A stretch of DNA of 64,000 nt from positions 1,922,001 through 1,986,000 of the forward strand of contig CAJINV010000008.1 of NCBI GenBank assembly GCA_905178155.1, given 5' to 3'. Of this stretch, positions 1 through 12,477 are shown piece after piece. Origin of the DNA: Amoebophrya sp. A120 (taxonomy: Eukaryota; Protista; Dinoflagellata). The notes beneath the pieces are model-generated. The model was given only the letters and a program-made list of their open reading frames with translations. It ran no database searches and had not been told where the DNA came from. The position numbers were made by a program, and so were the translations under genes. Positions within the stretch are counted from its first letter, which is position 1. Every line of letters begins with the position of its first letter.

Positions 1-29
1 CCCCGCCCGCACAGATTTGAGCTGTGATA
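1..29. mobile_element. Possible right end of an introner cut by the window edge
   Basis: Ends ...GCTGTGATA like other elements, where the GT25 frame leaves recognisable sequence; partner TIR is outside the window. Confidence 0.35.
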
Positions 30-998
30 CAGGTTCTCGGACAACGCGCCATGGATCTTGCAAATTCCCGTTTTATGGAACCGGATCACGTCCCATCCAG
101 ACTCGACCACCTGAAGGAGGTCCTGAATCACTGACGGCGTAAAGTGGCTGTTCACCTGAGAGAGATTCATTTTTTCGGTATGTCAGTACTTGTGTTGACG
201 AGAGGCATTTGATGGATTTGATTTGAAATTTTACTTCAGTGGCTGCACTTCTGAATGCCTCATTCTGCAACTGAATCTGAAGTTATCTTCGCTATACAGT
301 CCTTTCCTATTCCTATTCCTAGTACGCTTCTTGCATGTTCGCATAATCATTCTTCAACAGTAGGGCGACGGGAATTTCATTTGTACAACATCTTCATCTT
401 GTTCAAAGCGCCTGTTTCCTGCTCATCCTAAATTATCGAAAAGGGGAATTATTCCACCGTACCTTCACGTCATCTTCGAAGATGATCGCCGCCTTCAGAT
501 TGGGGCTGCTCTCGACCGCTTTCTGGTACAAAGCCATGTGGCTTCGCGTGCAACCTAACACGCCACCTTCCGGATCCAGATCTGCAACGTGGTAGTGCAC
601 CTTACAGCCCATGAACTCATCGGCCTTGTCGGGACTTTGCGCGAATTTACCTGAAGATGCCAAAGATAAACCATTTTCGTTCTCATGCATATCGAACCCA
701 AGAAGTGCACACGAGCATACAAGAAAATAATCCCACTTTCTTGCTATCCGTGGATAATTGCTAGGCCACCTACTCGCCAGGCGGATTCAAAATCGACGCC
801 TCGTTGATAACGCAAAAACTTCAAATCATTCATACCGACTTGCTCCCGCCACCCATGTTCGAAAAACGCGCGTCGCTCTGGGCACGTTCGCAAGCTGATC
901 ATACCGATAAACAATTCGGCCGACACATCGCCCTCCGGTCCACCCGAGGTGACGGCCGGGCCGGTGTCTACTTTCTTCTGTGCCATTACCGGTGCCAT
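30..998 (-). CDS. Glycosyltransferase family 25 protein, multi-exon, 3' end runs off the window
   Basis: Three exons carry GT25-type motifs: MISLRTCPERR (ORF 744-998), LGCTRSH...AIIFEDD (ORF 433-690) and, after a CAG acceptor near 149, HFTPSVIQDLLQVVESGWDVIRFH. Exact splice sites not fully resolved. Confidence 0.75.
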
Positions 999-2614
999 GG
1001 TCCACTGATTTTCAAAATCTCAAAAACGACCGATTTCCTTACGGGCTTATTCCAGCGTCCCGTACCTTCAAAAAGTAATACGGGCCGACCATACAGTGAC
1101 CGTAGCCCTGTCAATATCTTACACGACGAGCAGACAAGGGTGACTTTTTGCAAGCCAAGTTGTCTTGTTTCGTGATGGGAAATTGTTGTATCCGATTTTC
1201 TTTTATTCCTCGTCGCGTAAGTACTCAACTTCTACTTGACGACCGCCGTACAGCAGCCCTCACAATTGCCTTTCGCAAGCTCTAGCACCGAGCCACTGCT
1301 ACTGCAGAAGGAGCGAATGCTCTTCTACAGTCAAAAAATAAATCCGCGTCTACTCTTGAAACAGAATAGGCGAGACCTATCAGTAGTGGTTTAGTGTAGC
1401 CGTGCGACAATTAATATCAGGCGCTGTGCCGCTCTCTGATGAAGTATTCAAACTCCTGCTCTCAGAATGATGAAGTTGATGAAGCTAACTATCGCAGGAG
1501 CTTCTTCTCCACTTAGAAGTCCTTCAGCTTTCCACCCGACGGATGAAAATGTGGAACGATGCCAGGTTTTTGAGAATGTTGAAAAAAAAGTAGTTGTAAT
1601 GGAGTCTACTATTCCACGACTAGCAAGAAGCCACCCGGTGCCCCACCAAACAGGAGGGCACCACAGGCTTTTCCTTATCCAGAATAGTGTGAATGCTGAT
1701 GTATGAGGCGATTGATATCAGGTGTATGTTTCCAAAAATCCAAGGGGAAATAGTCATGGGGCTCGCTATTACATCTAAAATGTCCTATACAGGTTTCTTC
1801 AAATATTATGCTTTGGGATTTCTATGAGTTTTATGAGTCAGGTGCTGGTCAGCAGGTAAGGTGCAAATGGTTTTTGCGTGTAGATCCTACTACTCAAAGA
1901 ATCGATGGCCAACTAAAAGTCTACCACAGCTTTAAAAATCTCTCGCCCAAAGAAAAATTCAGATTTCTCTCGCAACCGTAAAAAAGCCATCTCTCTCGGA
2001 CCTTTTACTTTCACTTACACATACAACTGGAGGCAGAGGCAAAAACAAAACAAAGGTGGGTGTCGAAAAAAAAATATAAAAACTCCAGTACTATTGAATC
2101 CGCATTTTACAGGCAGAAAAAAAGTAGATCGCCACGATCATGATTTACTTGCACTATGGACAAGTGTAGCACAAGACAGAAATTACCGAGAAAGCACCGA
2201 ATGCATTTCCTCTTTACCGAAGATGAAAATCCAATTTTTGTCCGACTGCACAGATTTTTCACACCGAGCGGGCATCTCTACAAGAATTGAAATCATCGAG
2301 GGATGCAATCGAACACCGTCACGGACAAATTCAGAAGTGTCGGAAGTCCCTGCGCTCTTTCACCCCCTTGCGAAGCCGAAGGCAACAAGGTGTTCTTGCA
2401 GGTACGTTATTTGGCCTATATATTTTTTTTTTTTCAAACTCAGTTCAGTTTCGTTCTTCTTTTTCTTTGGCTGCTGTATTGAATATTCACTCTTCTAGTA
2501 CTCTGCCTGTAAGAGGTCCATCCTCTCGAATCAAGACAATTTTTTTCTTCATCGCCGAACATTCGTGGTTCTTCGTGTTTCATATTCATCGCAAAATTCA
2601 GTTCTTTCTCAGTT

Positions 2615-5600
2615 TCAGTGCTGTTTCATTTTCGACTCCGTGGTGCTCACAGTTTTCTTCAACAAAAATCCTGGCCGCGAACGCGACGACCCACTTTCTT
2701 CCTGTCCATTCCCCCTCGTCCCAGGGTCGTTCGCCGACCCGCGGTGGTCCCTGCACCTGATAGAAGACGTTGGGAAGTTCATCCCGCTTGTTGGTACTAG
2801 GGCAAAATCTTCGTTTTGCTCAAACGCTGTCAAACCCGTGCGCTCCTGCTGCGGTTTCTCCAGAGCTGCTTCTTTCGTGCGCGAGGACGAGGAGGGAAAA
2901 AATGAGATTAAGTTCTCTGCTTCTTCCGTTTCATCCTCGATGCTACGCATCGCGTCTTGAATAATGTGTTGGACTTTCGACTGCGATTCTCCTCGAGTCT
3001 TCCGACACAACGCGGGTGCGGACTTCCCTTGACCAGTGCTTCGAAGATGCTGCTCATTTAACGACTTTATTCCGAATGGATTATCATTGAAGTTCCCATT
3101 GTTTTCGCGAAGTTGGAGGTGGTGATTCGAATTTGCAACTTCGCCCAAGACATAATTCCCGCAACTGAAGAAGCTGCTCAAGTCCTGGCCTCCTGCGGTG
3201 CTGCTCTCAGCGGTCATCTGTCCGGTCATCTGTCGACAAATCGGTGTCACAGTGCGGCTCACCGCGGGAAGATCGCTAGTACCCTCGTCAATGAGTTTGC
3301 CGCTGACTCTTCTTTGTGTGCTCTCATCGACGCTTGGCTTGCAAGGATAATTTGCGCGAGGTTTGGAACTGTGGTCCTTTTGTTGACGATGCATTTCACC
3401 CCCGGATTTCGCCTCTCGTCGATGTTCTTCCTGACTGCGCAAGGGGGTGGTCCTCAACGTGGAAGATAAAGATTTCAACATACTTCCTTTTTCGTCCATC
3501 CCAAGGGGATCCATCAGCAACATCTTCGGGTCATCCGCCTGCAAAGGATCACTTGAGCAGTCTTTGTCACTGCTCAGGGGGCCGCTGCTCGTGATGCTCC
3601 GGGGAATCGTGGAACTCACCGGAGCAGCGACTGCCTCCGGCGATTGCCAACTCTATGCATTGCGAATATGTGTGGGTCAGGAAGGGTGCAACTTGCGATG
3701 CTACTTACTAGGTGGATGCTAGTACAAAAAAACCTGTATTGCTGAACAGATCGCGCTAGCAATTCAGGATTAGTTTTGGTCCAGTTTTTGCTATGCGGGA
3801 GGGGCGTTCTTCCTCATGCGGTACTACAGGAAACATCAGGAAACCCTCGTCACAGAATCTGTGATGCATCGGGTCAGCTAAAAAAAAAGCGCACGACAAT
3901 AAACATTGCGCTTTTCCAGACCCCGACATCTTTGCACTTGATAAACTCGTTGTCCGAACTACTTCGGGCAAAAGCAAATACCCTTGCTTCATCGGCCAAC
4001 TGCTCGTGCGCACCACCTCGGGCAGAAACTTCGGGCGGGGGCCCTCGCTCGCCCCCGCGCTCTGCTGCTTAAAAACGCCGCCGCTAGTGGCACTGGAACT
4101 GCTCGTTCCCAGCGCCGACGCGGACGCGGTTTTGTGCAGCGGCAAAAAGCTAGTCAGGGTTTCCGCCGTTCGTTGTCGCCCGCCATGCTTTCCGACTTGT
4201 TGTCGGTGGACGGATGGGTCAGGACGTGCAGGAGGGTTGGTGATCGCGGCGAAACCAAAATGGCTAGTACTACTATTCTCGTGAAGATGTGGTCTGGTAG
4301 TCGACGCAGAAGATGAAGCAAACACTCCTACTTGCACGTTCGGATTCACATTTTCCTTATCGACATTGACGTTGGACGTCTTCTCCAGTGAAGGTCTAGG
4401 TCCTGTTGTCCTGCTTTTCACGACGAGATCATATTCCCCAGTGCCGCACTTCTTGCTCAAATTATTCGGAGCAGCTTCCAACGCAGAAAGAAGACACTCT
4501 GATTTATTTTCACCCGCCGCTGGAATATCTTGATTTTCATTTTCACCCGCGTCCTCAGTGCTGGGCGCATTGAATTCGAACTGTTTCCGGTCGTCCCTGG
4601 GAAACGACTGCAGCTGCGGCGGATACGAGAACTGTTTGAGGACTAACTGACCTGCTTTCTCGTTTTCGCCGGTGTCCGCACTGCTTTTCATCCTTACTGA
4701 CGAAAAAACCAAATCGCAATCTTTCTGGTTACTGTGCGCGCTCCTTTGAACCTTATAGTCCTCGCCTTCCTCCGCCGGCACCGAACTGCATGCAGAGCTG
4801 CTACTTGCGTGAGAAGAGGACGAAAACCTCTCTACCTCCGCACCCAGATACTTTTGCTGTGCACTTTGATAAGCCCCCGGCCCGCTCCAGAAGCCTTCTT
4901 CTTCAAAACTGGGACTCCCGGCCCGTCCAGACAGCTGCTTCAGCTGCTCTTCATCGATGGACGTCAGAAGAAATTCCGGTACCGACGCCCTCTCGCTCGT
5001 GTGGCTCTGCGGCTGACCACCTCCTGTAGTTCCTGGAAAGGAACTACAATTACCTCCAGCCGCATGGCGAATCGGACCCCCAGGAGCACACGTCGGGATT
5101 TGGAACGTCTTCCGCCCAACTACGGGATCGAATACGTACCCACTGGTCGTCCCGTCGGCGTTGAAGAACACGGCCTCGTCCCCGCTTTCGGCGAAACTGG
5201 GCGGCTGCACAGGACCAGTCGCACATGATCGTTCTACCGGCGCTGCACCCCTGCGCTTCATTTCCTCAGAGGGCGGACTTCTTCGAGTCCAACTCCTGTG
5301 CGGAAATGAATGCCGATCTGCATTGTCACCGGTTCGAGCGAGATGTCGCCCATCTCGTCCAGGTGTCCCGGGCCTCCTGCCCGCGGCCCAGGTCCCCGCT
5401 ACTAGTCGTGGTGTTCCCGCCCCCGGGTCGACCACAGCAGCGTCAAAGTTTTGCTGCCGACAATGACTGTCCTCGTGCCCACGACTTCTGTGTTTCAGCA
5501 CAGCCTGACTCTTGTTTGGGCTGTCGAACCAAGCGGCGGCCACATGCGCCGCGACATTGCTGGGCACGACGAGAGAAGACGTCGTGCAAACGTTGCCAGG

Positions 5601-8600
5601 ACGTGGTCCTGCGGAAGCACGGGAGACGAGGCCGTGGTGGTCATCGGGATTTGCGTTCTTCGTCTCCGCGCAAGAAATAGTTGCGCCACCATCATCTCTG
5701 AGCTTCTCCATGTTGATGCCCTTCTTTTTCATACCCGACCCACCGGAATTATCCGCATCGCGCTTCGTAATCTTATGCTCCTCCCCCATCTGTATGGGTG
5801 TGTCAGAGTTGAAATCGACAAAGTTGAAATAATTTGTCATGCATAAAATGGATGCCAGTTGGAACCCAGTTTCCAAGTGGCGCATGACAAATTTCGGTGG
5901 TCCCTAAATCCAGTTTGTCACGCTGTTTAGGCAAAGAAGAGCGATTTTCCCATGCTCCTTTAGCAGCTCGAGCTGTAACCCCAAACAGGCTTACAATCGG
6001 CCTCACTTGCCTGCTCTGCAACACACGTACCTCGGGTCATGCATTTTATGCATTACAGATTTTTTCAACTTTGACGATTTCAAACCTGACGCTTCCATAA
6101 TCTGCCGCAAGACCGTATCCATGTTGTACGGCAGCTTCTTCATGTGAAGGCCCTAAAATATCCACCTTTTCGCCCATCTTTTCAAATTTTGCCCAGTTGA
6201 TTGCTCGGCGCCCTCGCCGATTATCGCGTAGCGCCTCTTCGATGGCGGCTGCGCGTCCGCCTTTGCAAACGCGTCAAGCCGGGCTGCCCTATTTCTGCCC
6301 CGAGGCCCGGGGCAGAAACGCAAGCCAAACACCCCAAAGAGAAAAGCCACCCAAACGAGCCTCCCAATCATATGAGGCCATGGACCCTGAGCGCGCCTCT
6401 GCTTGCGCAGGTAAGGAAAGGCACCCGCAATAGCGACAAACGCGGAAAATGCCCCCGGCCAATTTACCCTCGACAAGGCGCAGACGAGCGAAAGGCTGCG
6501 CCTCCCCTCTTATCAGCCCCGGCCTGGCTTGAGCCTGATTCGCAAACAACGCCCGCCACATCTTCTGCGCAGCTTCCCAAACCCCTAGCGGTTCAGGACT
6601 TGGCGCGCACCCAGTAAAACGAGGACAGGCGGCGTAGGCTTGGAAAATTTGAAAAGATACTACTAGCGCATCTTTTCAAATTTCGACAGCCGCGGAAAGG
6701 GTGAGCAGCCTACTCTTCTGCGTGGCTTTCAAAATTCGCAAACTTGCTGAGGGGGCATCTTCGCAATCTTCGGAGCCACAAAAGAAGCAAGCAAACAAAT
6801 GTCGCCAGAGGCACGGCTTTGCTTACCATCTGGCGACCCGCCAGCTGGAGCGCAAGTCAAAGCCTTGGACTTTGAGTGCCCGCCAAGCTGGCTCGCGTGA
6901 GTTGCCCTGATGGACCTCTTCAGGTTCGTTAGCGGTGGGTCCAAAGGCACTCAAGGCCCAGGGCTTCGATCCGAAAAACGCATCGCTGTCTCCATCGGAG
7001 CAGATTGGACGAGATCCAATGTTGAGTAATACATCTAACAAGAACCTCGACAAAAACTGCTCCGATGCGTTTTTTTCTGAAGCGAATCACGATGGAGAAA
7101 AATGCATCGGAGCAAAATGTCGGATACCCCATTCTTGAACCCCCAAGGACTACCCGCAGAGGCTATTTCCCGGGAGGCCGGCACTTGCCCTCATGGTTGC
7201 TCGGATGCAAATCCAAGACCTTTGGCTGGCCGTCAACGCATCGGGGCTCGCCGCACTCAAACGGCGCGTGAGGCTCCAAGCAGAATGAAAGCGCCGCCCC
7301 CAGAAAGAGGGCCGGGCGGAGAATGTCAGAGAGGCACTGGGGCAAAACACACTGAAACCAAGCGTAAGAGAAAAACCGGGGCCAGGGTAAAACACAGCCC
7401 AGCGTGATGCGCTCTAATTCTGGCGCCTAACCGCGAAGGCCAGCAATGCCGGCCACAGCGCTAGACTCAGGCCGGTTGAGGTGTCTTGCGGTCAGCCGTC
7501 CGAGACGCGCCACAAAAAACATTGCAAATTGGCCTGCAACAACCCCTGCAGAAACACCCTCGCACCCGGTCGGGCGACGGCGTGAGTACCATGCCCGCTG
7601 AGAAATTGGCGTCTAAGCACTCGAAGCTACGGACCACCAGGGCCGGGGATTTCTTGAAGCCAAGGTCCCGGAGGTCCGAAAACAACCGCAACATTGAAGT
7701 GCCACCCGTGCGTACTTTCAAGCGCTTCGGGAATCCGAGACACTACCTTTTGCACAGATGCCGACAGGAATGCATTTTTCAGAGGATTAAATCTTATGCT
7801 CCTCCCCCATCTGCCGCAAGACCGTATCCATGTTGTACGGCAGCTTCTTCATGCCCTTGCCCCTTCCGCCCTGTTGGTACCTGATCCATGATGTGATTTG
7901 GGTAGAATTTGCTATGTCGTGGCGCGAACACAAACTTCTTCCCAAATCCCCAAAGCGCTGGCGCCCCTCGACGGCTGCCAGCTTTTTTACTTCGTATGTT
8001 CTCAAAAGGTCACACCCTTCATACTGGTGCTGAACTCCGGCTCTGTATCAGTAAAGGCGTATCTGCGCTGCTTCGCAGCGTCTTGTGTACTACTAGATAC
8101 AGCAGCGAGGCGTGCAGCAGGGACCGCGCCGCGACGTCCGCGCCACAGAGGTGGCTACGGGCGTCGCACTTGTCCGCCCACAGACGTGGGTCGAACCGTG
8201 CTCCAGCACTGCAACGAGAGGTCGCAGCGCCGGGTGCAACAGAAGCTGCAACAAGTCCCGAACCCTCCCCAACAGAGGTCGCTAGCGGGCAGTGGCGGGC
8301 CACTGCGTCGCCGGAGAGAGGGGCCACGAGCCCGCTAAATTATATATATTCGCGTCATAGACGTCAGGATGTGCCTTGCTAGTGTGTGAACATAAAATAA
8401 GATGAGTAACAAGCCGCGCGTGCTTCTCTAGCATGCGCGCGCCATCTTCGCCTCCCTCTCCAGATTGATTGCGCACCGACATCGGCGGGGGCATCGGCTG
8501 CGCGTCTCCTGTGCTCCCCCGGTGTCGTCCATTTTTGTAGGCAAGGGCTGGCCACGGGAGAACAAAAATGGGACCACAGAGGTGGTTAGCCCATTCCGGC

Positions 8601-11600
8601 CCTCACGAGGTTCGCGCTAAGTAATGCTGCGCGACCTAGTCCTACTTGTGATGCCTAGAATGTGATGTCTCGAGTTTGTTGTCTAGATTGGGAATGAATT
8701 AGGTACCTTGTGGGCGGCAGTACCTGCCGCAAGACCGTATCCATGTTGTACGGCAGCTTCTTCATGTATGGGGTCGTCAACATTGTATTTGCCTCCGACC
8801 GTAAAAAAAATTCTGCGCGCATTTTTTCGCGGCGCAAAGCTAGTAAACCTGTGCACGCTAGTGAGGGGCTGACTTGAACGCGGTTTGTTTTACCTAGCTT
8901 GTCAGCAGCAGTGCTCTAGTAGGTAATTGGGTAGTGACGCGAAGGGGGGCGGGGCGCTGGGGGTTCTTCTGTGGCTGATATTTTCACCTAGAAAACGCCG
9001 GCGCGCGCAATATTTTGCTCCGTTTTCCGGATTGCTCTCTCCGTGCAGCTATTTGCCGCTATGGCCTGGGTCAGCGTGTGAGGCTGGAAACGCCCCGCGA
9101 GATGTCTACACCCTCCCTGGCCTCGTCGTCTCTAGCGGGCACCACGCACATATGTTGGCCGCGAAGGCCGTTCCGGAGCCCTTCCAAAAAGGGGCGGCCG
9201 GAGGGGTTCCCGGAACCCGAAAAAAAAGCCTATTCCTTTTTCTTCGAATCACGATGGTGCTACCCCTCCCCAAAAGGGGTCCCGGAACCCCTCTGGGAAC
9301 CCTTCCCGAAAGGCTCTCGGGCTTTTCGCGTTTTAAGTAAAGAGGCGCAAGGGCAAAAAGCGCGCGCGCCTGCCGGTACACGCGCGCACAGCTGCGCGAC
9401 ATTAGAGACAAGGGGAGGCGCAGCCGAGGCCGGTTCCGTTTGCGCCCTCGACTCCGACCGACTTGCACAGATTGAGGCCCATTGTCTAGCGGTTGGACTG
9501 CAAGAGGACCTGCCGCAGCACCTCCAGGCTGCAGGGGCGCTCCGAGGCAAGTCCGTGGAGCAGCAGCGCCGGATAGCTCCGTCTTTAGCCACTGTGAAGC
9601 GCTGCGAATGAGCTAGCTAGTTCATTAGGTGCGCAACATAGTGGGGGGCTATACGTGTGCAACGTGATGGATATCAAATACAAAAAAAGGCGCGCGGAAA
9701 ATTTTTTACAGCTTGAGGCAAATACAAGATCCTCCCCCATCTGCCGCAAGACCGTATCCATGTTGTACGGCAGCTTCTTCATGCCCTTGCCCCTTCTGGT
9801 GGTGCCGTTCTTGCATTTGCTGTTCGTGCTCTTTGTCGTTCCATGCCCGCCTGCGGCAGGGCGATGCGTTGTATCGTGGTTGTTTTTATCGTCGTCCCCA
9901 GCACAACATCTCTCGTCCCCGCTAGTACCCCGCCCCGCAAGACCCTCGCCCCCGCTGCAAGAACCTCCTCCAGCTCCACCAGGAACATCATGGTCGTGAC
10001 CCACCTCTACTAGGCGCTCGTGCTCACTGTCGCTGCCGCTGTCGTCTTGTCCGAAGCCCGGCTGGTCTCGTTCCGCGTAAAATTTTCTGTTCAGCACCCA
10101 GTCCTGCCACATCACCAAATTCGTCAGATCCCCCTGCTTGTCCAAAATGGTGTACTCGCGCAGCACTTTTAAGTCCGTCCGCTCCTCATCGCGGCGCCGG
10201 CGCAGGCGAATCTCCTCCTGCTTCCAGTCGTCTTCGTTCCTGTAGGCGCGAATCTCTCCCTTCAGCCCGAAGCTGCTCTCTCCGAAGTTGCGGAACTTGT
10301 CCTTGCGTGCCACGTAGTTGTGCAGCCGCTGGACGGTTGTACGCTGTGAGTGGAACGCGGCGACAAACTGGCTGTTCTTCTTCTTGTTGTAATCGCCATT
10401 AGCTGCTGTGTGCTGCAGCTCTCCGGCAGGTCGCGGAACAACAGCGACCTCGTCTCCTGTCGCCTTAGTTGTCATCGCGGTAGTCCCAAGCGTTGTCGTC
10501 GTCGTGGCGCGCGCTGGATACAGGAGTCCGGGAGGTGCAGCAAGAACTGCCGCAGCGGGGGCTCCGGCCGCGCTTCCGGGCGCCAAAAACGGCGTCTCCC
10601 CGCGGCGGTTGCGCTGGACCACCATCAGGTCGGCGGTTACGTCGAACTTCAGCTGCCCGTCCTCGATGTCCTGCAGCACGTGCTGGACCAGCTGCTGACC
10701 CTGTTTCCCGGTCATGAAACACTCGTCGCAGAGAGAGGAGCTCTTCAGGTAGTTGTAGCTCTTCTTCTTGTTATTCTTGCCGAGTAACGCGGTCCGCTGG
10801 ATCGGCCGGTCGTCGCAGGGGCTGTAGTGAAACAAGTTGTACTGCGGGGGCTCACCACTCGCGTGCCCGGCGCTCCGTCCGCGCTTCTTGTTTTTCTTCT
10901 CCTCGCGGCCCGCAGCGATACGGGCAATTTCTTGCCGTAACGACACTTCCGCCTTGCCGTACCAGTGCCCGTGCCGAGCCATCACGGTTTGCATGTGGTC
11001 CAGAAAGTCCGCCTGCAAAAAGGTCCGCCCCTCGGAACTCGTGTAGCTCGAGGAAAACAGTTCGCGCGACGAAACCGTCAACTCCTCCTCTCTACTACTG
11101 TCGTACCGACCTGAAGCAACGTCGAACGTTTGCCGGGCCGATACCCGCGGCCGGGCGTTTTTCAAATCGTAGTCCCAGTTCTCAACACGCGTTACCCTGT
11201 ACCTCTTCGCTTGCTTTAATCCACGGCGCGGGGTCTGGTGATCTTGTTCCTGGTTATGTTCTTTCTCAGACGCTGACGAAGACCTGGATGATGATGTTCG
11301 TCCACTACTCGTTCCACTCCGGTAGTGCTGTTCGACTTCCCAACCCTTTTCGCCGGCCCGATGCGTGAGCACAATCTGCTCCCTGCTGATATTTTTTTTC
11401 ACTTTAATATTGCGACCTCCATGAGCTTCGTTCTTCTTTTTCTGACACTGTACACGTTGTTTCTCATGTTTTGACTTCTCGTCATCTTCACCGTCCTGGC
11501 AGCTCTTCAACCCGGCGACACGGCCTTTTGTGAGGGACCGTGGTTGGCAGGAACTTTCTGGAAGATTTTTACGACGGCGAAGTTTTCTTCCCTGAGACTC

Positions 11601-12173
11601 CTCCTTCTTTCGCAACCCTTGCTTCCGCGCCAGCTTCTGTGCCTTCTGTAACGCGGTGCGGTAAAATTGAGTCCGCTGCTTTTTCGAATACAAATTGCTG
11701 TGCAGCTTGTCTCGCGTGAGAAAATCATGGCGGCTGTCCACCTCCGAAGGATGATAATTTTCCTCATGAAGATCATGGTCTTCTTCGTTGTCCTGTTTCA
11801 TGGTCGGACTTTCCGTGTAGTTCTTGCAAAAATTAGTTGCATTTCTGCCCTTCGTCCCAGCGCCCGCGTCGGAAAGAGCATCGGCCTCGGATGAAGTGGA
11901 AGTGCAGTCCCCGGCTTCTTCCTCCAAATACATCCGGGTAAACATGCGGTGCTCCGCTTGCCCAATCATGTCAATGCACGCCTCCAGTGCGTCGTTCAAA
12001 TCGCGCTTGCTCCAAAAGGGATCTTTCCACGCCTCGCCGAACGCGTTGCTCAGCGGCGCGAGCCGCACTTGCTTGTCGTACTTGCCATTTGTCCACCAGG
12101 ACCGCCCCACGCATCGCTTTTCCTCCTCGACGATAACTTGTGCGTCTATCGACTGCAAGAACTGCTTATCCAC
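2615..12173 (-). CDS. Large low-complexity hypothetical protein (~1770 aa); true start uncertain
   Basis: ORFs 9585-12173, 3756-5885 and 2615-3619 join in frame (12173-9744 + 5792-3944 + 3648-2615 = 5313 nt) once elements 3654-3943, 5793-6099 and block 6145-9729 are removed. Junctions read ...MKKLPYNMDTVLRQMGEEHKITKRD... and ...PEVVRTTSWQSPEAVAAPVSSTIP... Confidence 0.7.
3654..3943. mobile_element. Introner, GTCTGGGTCTGGAA family (degenerate), 290 bp
   Basis: TATGCATTGCGAATATGTGTGGGTCAGGAA...TTCCAGACCCCGACATCTTTGCACTTGATA; direct repeat AACTC at 3649-3653 and 3944-3948; removal restores frame. Confidence 0.9.
5793..6099. mobile_element. Introner with ~65-bp TIR, 307 bp
   Basis: TATGGGTGTGTCAGAGTTGAAATCGACAAAGTTGAAA...TTTCAACTTTGACGATTTCAAACCTGACGCTTCCATA; direct repeat ATCTG at 5788-5792 and 6100-6104. 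Confidence 0.92.
6145..7789. mobile_element. Long spacer between exon copies A and B; degenerate foldback-like element
   Basis: Only weak end-to-end inverted similarity; internal inverted repeats ATCTTTTCAAATTTT (~6176) / AAAATTTGAAAAGAT (~6644) and TGCTCCGATGCGTTTTT / AAAAATGCATCGGAGCA (~7058-7115); no credible ORF. Confidence 0.45.
7867..8722. mobile_element. Spacer between exon copies B and C; element with one complete TA end
   Basis: CCGCCCTGTTGGTACCTGATCCAT pairs imperfectly with ATGAATTAGGTACCTTGTGGGCGG; right end ...GCAGTA is intact, left end merges into the exon copy. Confidence 0.6.
8767..9729. mobile_element. Spacer between exon copies C and D; foldback element with one complete TAT end
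   Basis: TTGTATTTGCCTCCGACCGTAAAAAAAATTCTGCGCGC (~8783-8820) pairs with GCGCGCGGAAAATTTTTTACAGCTTGAGGCAAATACAA (~9690-9727); a second imperfect inverted pair at ~9160-9330 is centred on the element; starts TATGGGG. Confidence 0.7.
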
Positions 12174-12477
12174 TGCACAAATCGGTATGGGTCTGTAATG
12201 CTAGTCGCAACATACAAAATGAGAAGTAACAGCATCTCTTCACGAGTTTTATTTTCAAGAAACACGATACGTTTTACTTTTAGTAAACATCAATAATGCG
12301 TGGTCAAGTAGCATGTCATGAGAAGTGGCGCTCGTGCGTGACAATTGACCGGGTTGTAGTTCCGTCGATCTGCTTCGAGCATCGCTGAGGTCGACTCTAT
12401 CCAAAAAAAGAAAAACAATGCGCACACATAAATAGACCCGCATTCTTGTTCCAGGCCCAGATCGATAGTTGCAATGC

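Larger units (their letters stand above)
6100..9796. repeat. Four dispersed copies of one exon segment (core CTGCCGCAAGACCGTATCCATGTTGTACGGCAGCTT)
   Basis: Copies at 6100-6144, 7790-7866, 8724-8766 and 9730-9796, each encoding M(K/R)KLPYNMDTVLRQ on the minus strand. Confidence 0.95.

Noticed and set aside
6100-9796. CRISPR-like array
   Set aside because: The repeats are coding sequence of variable extent, spacers are 0.86-1.6 kb, and no cas genes are present.
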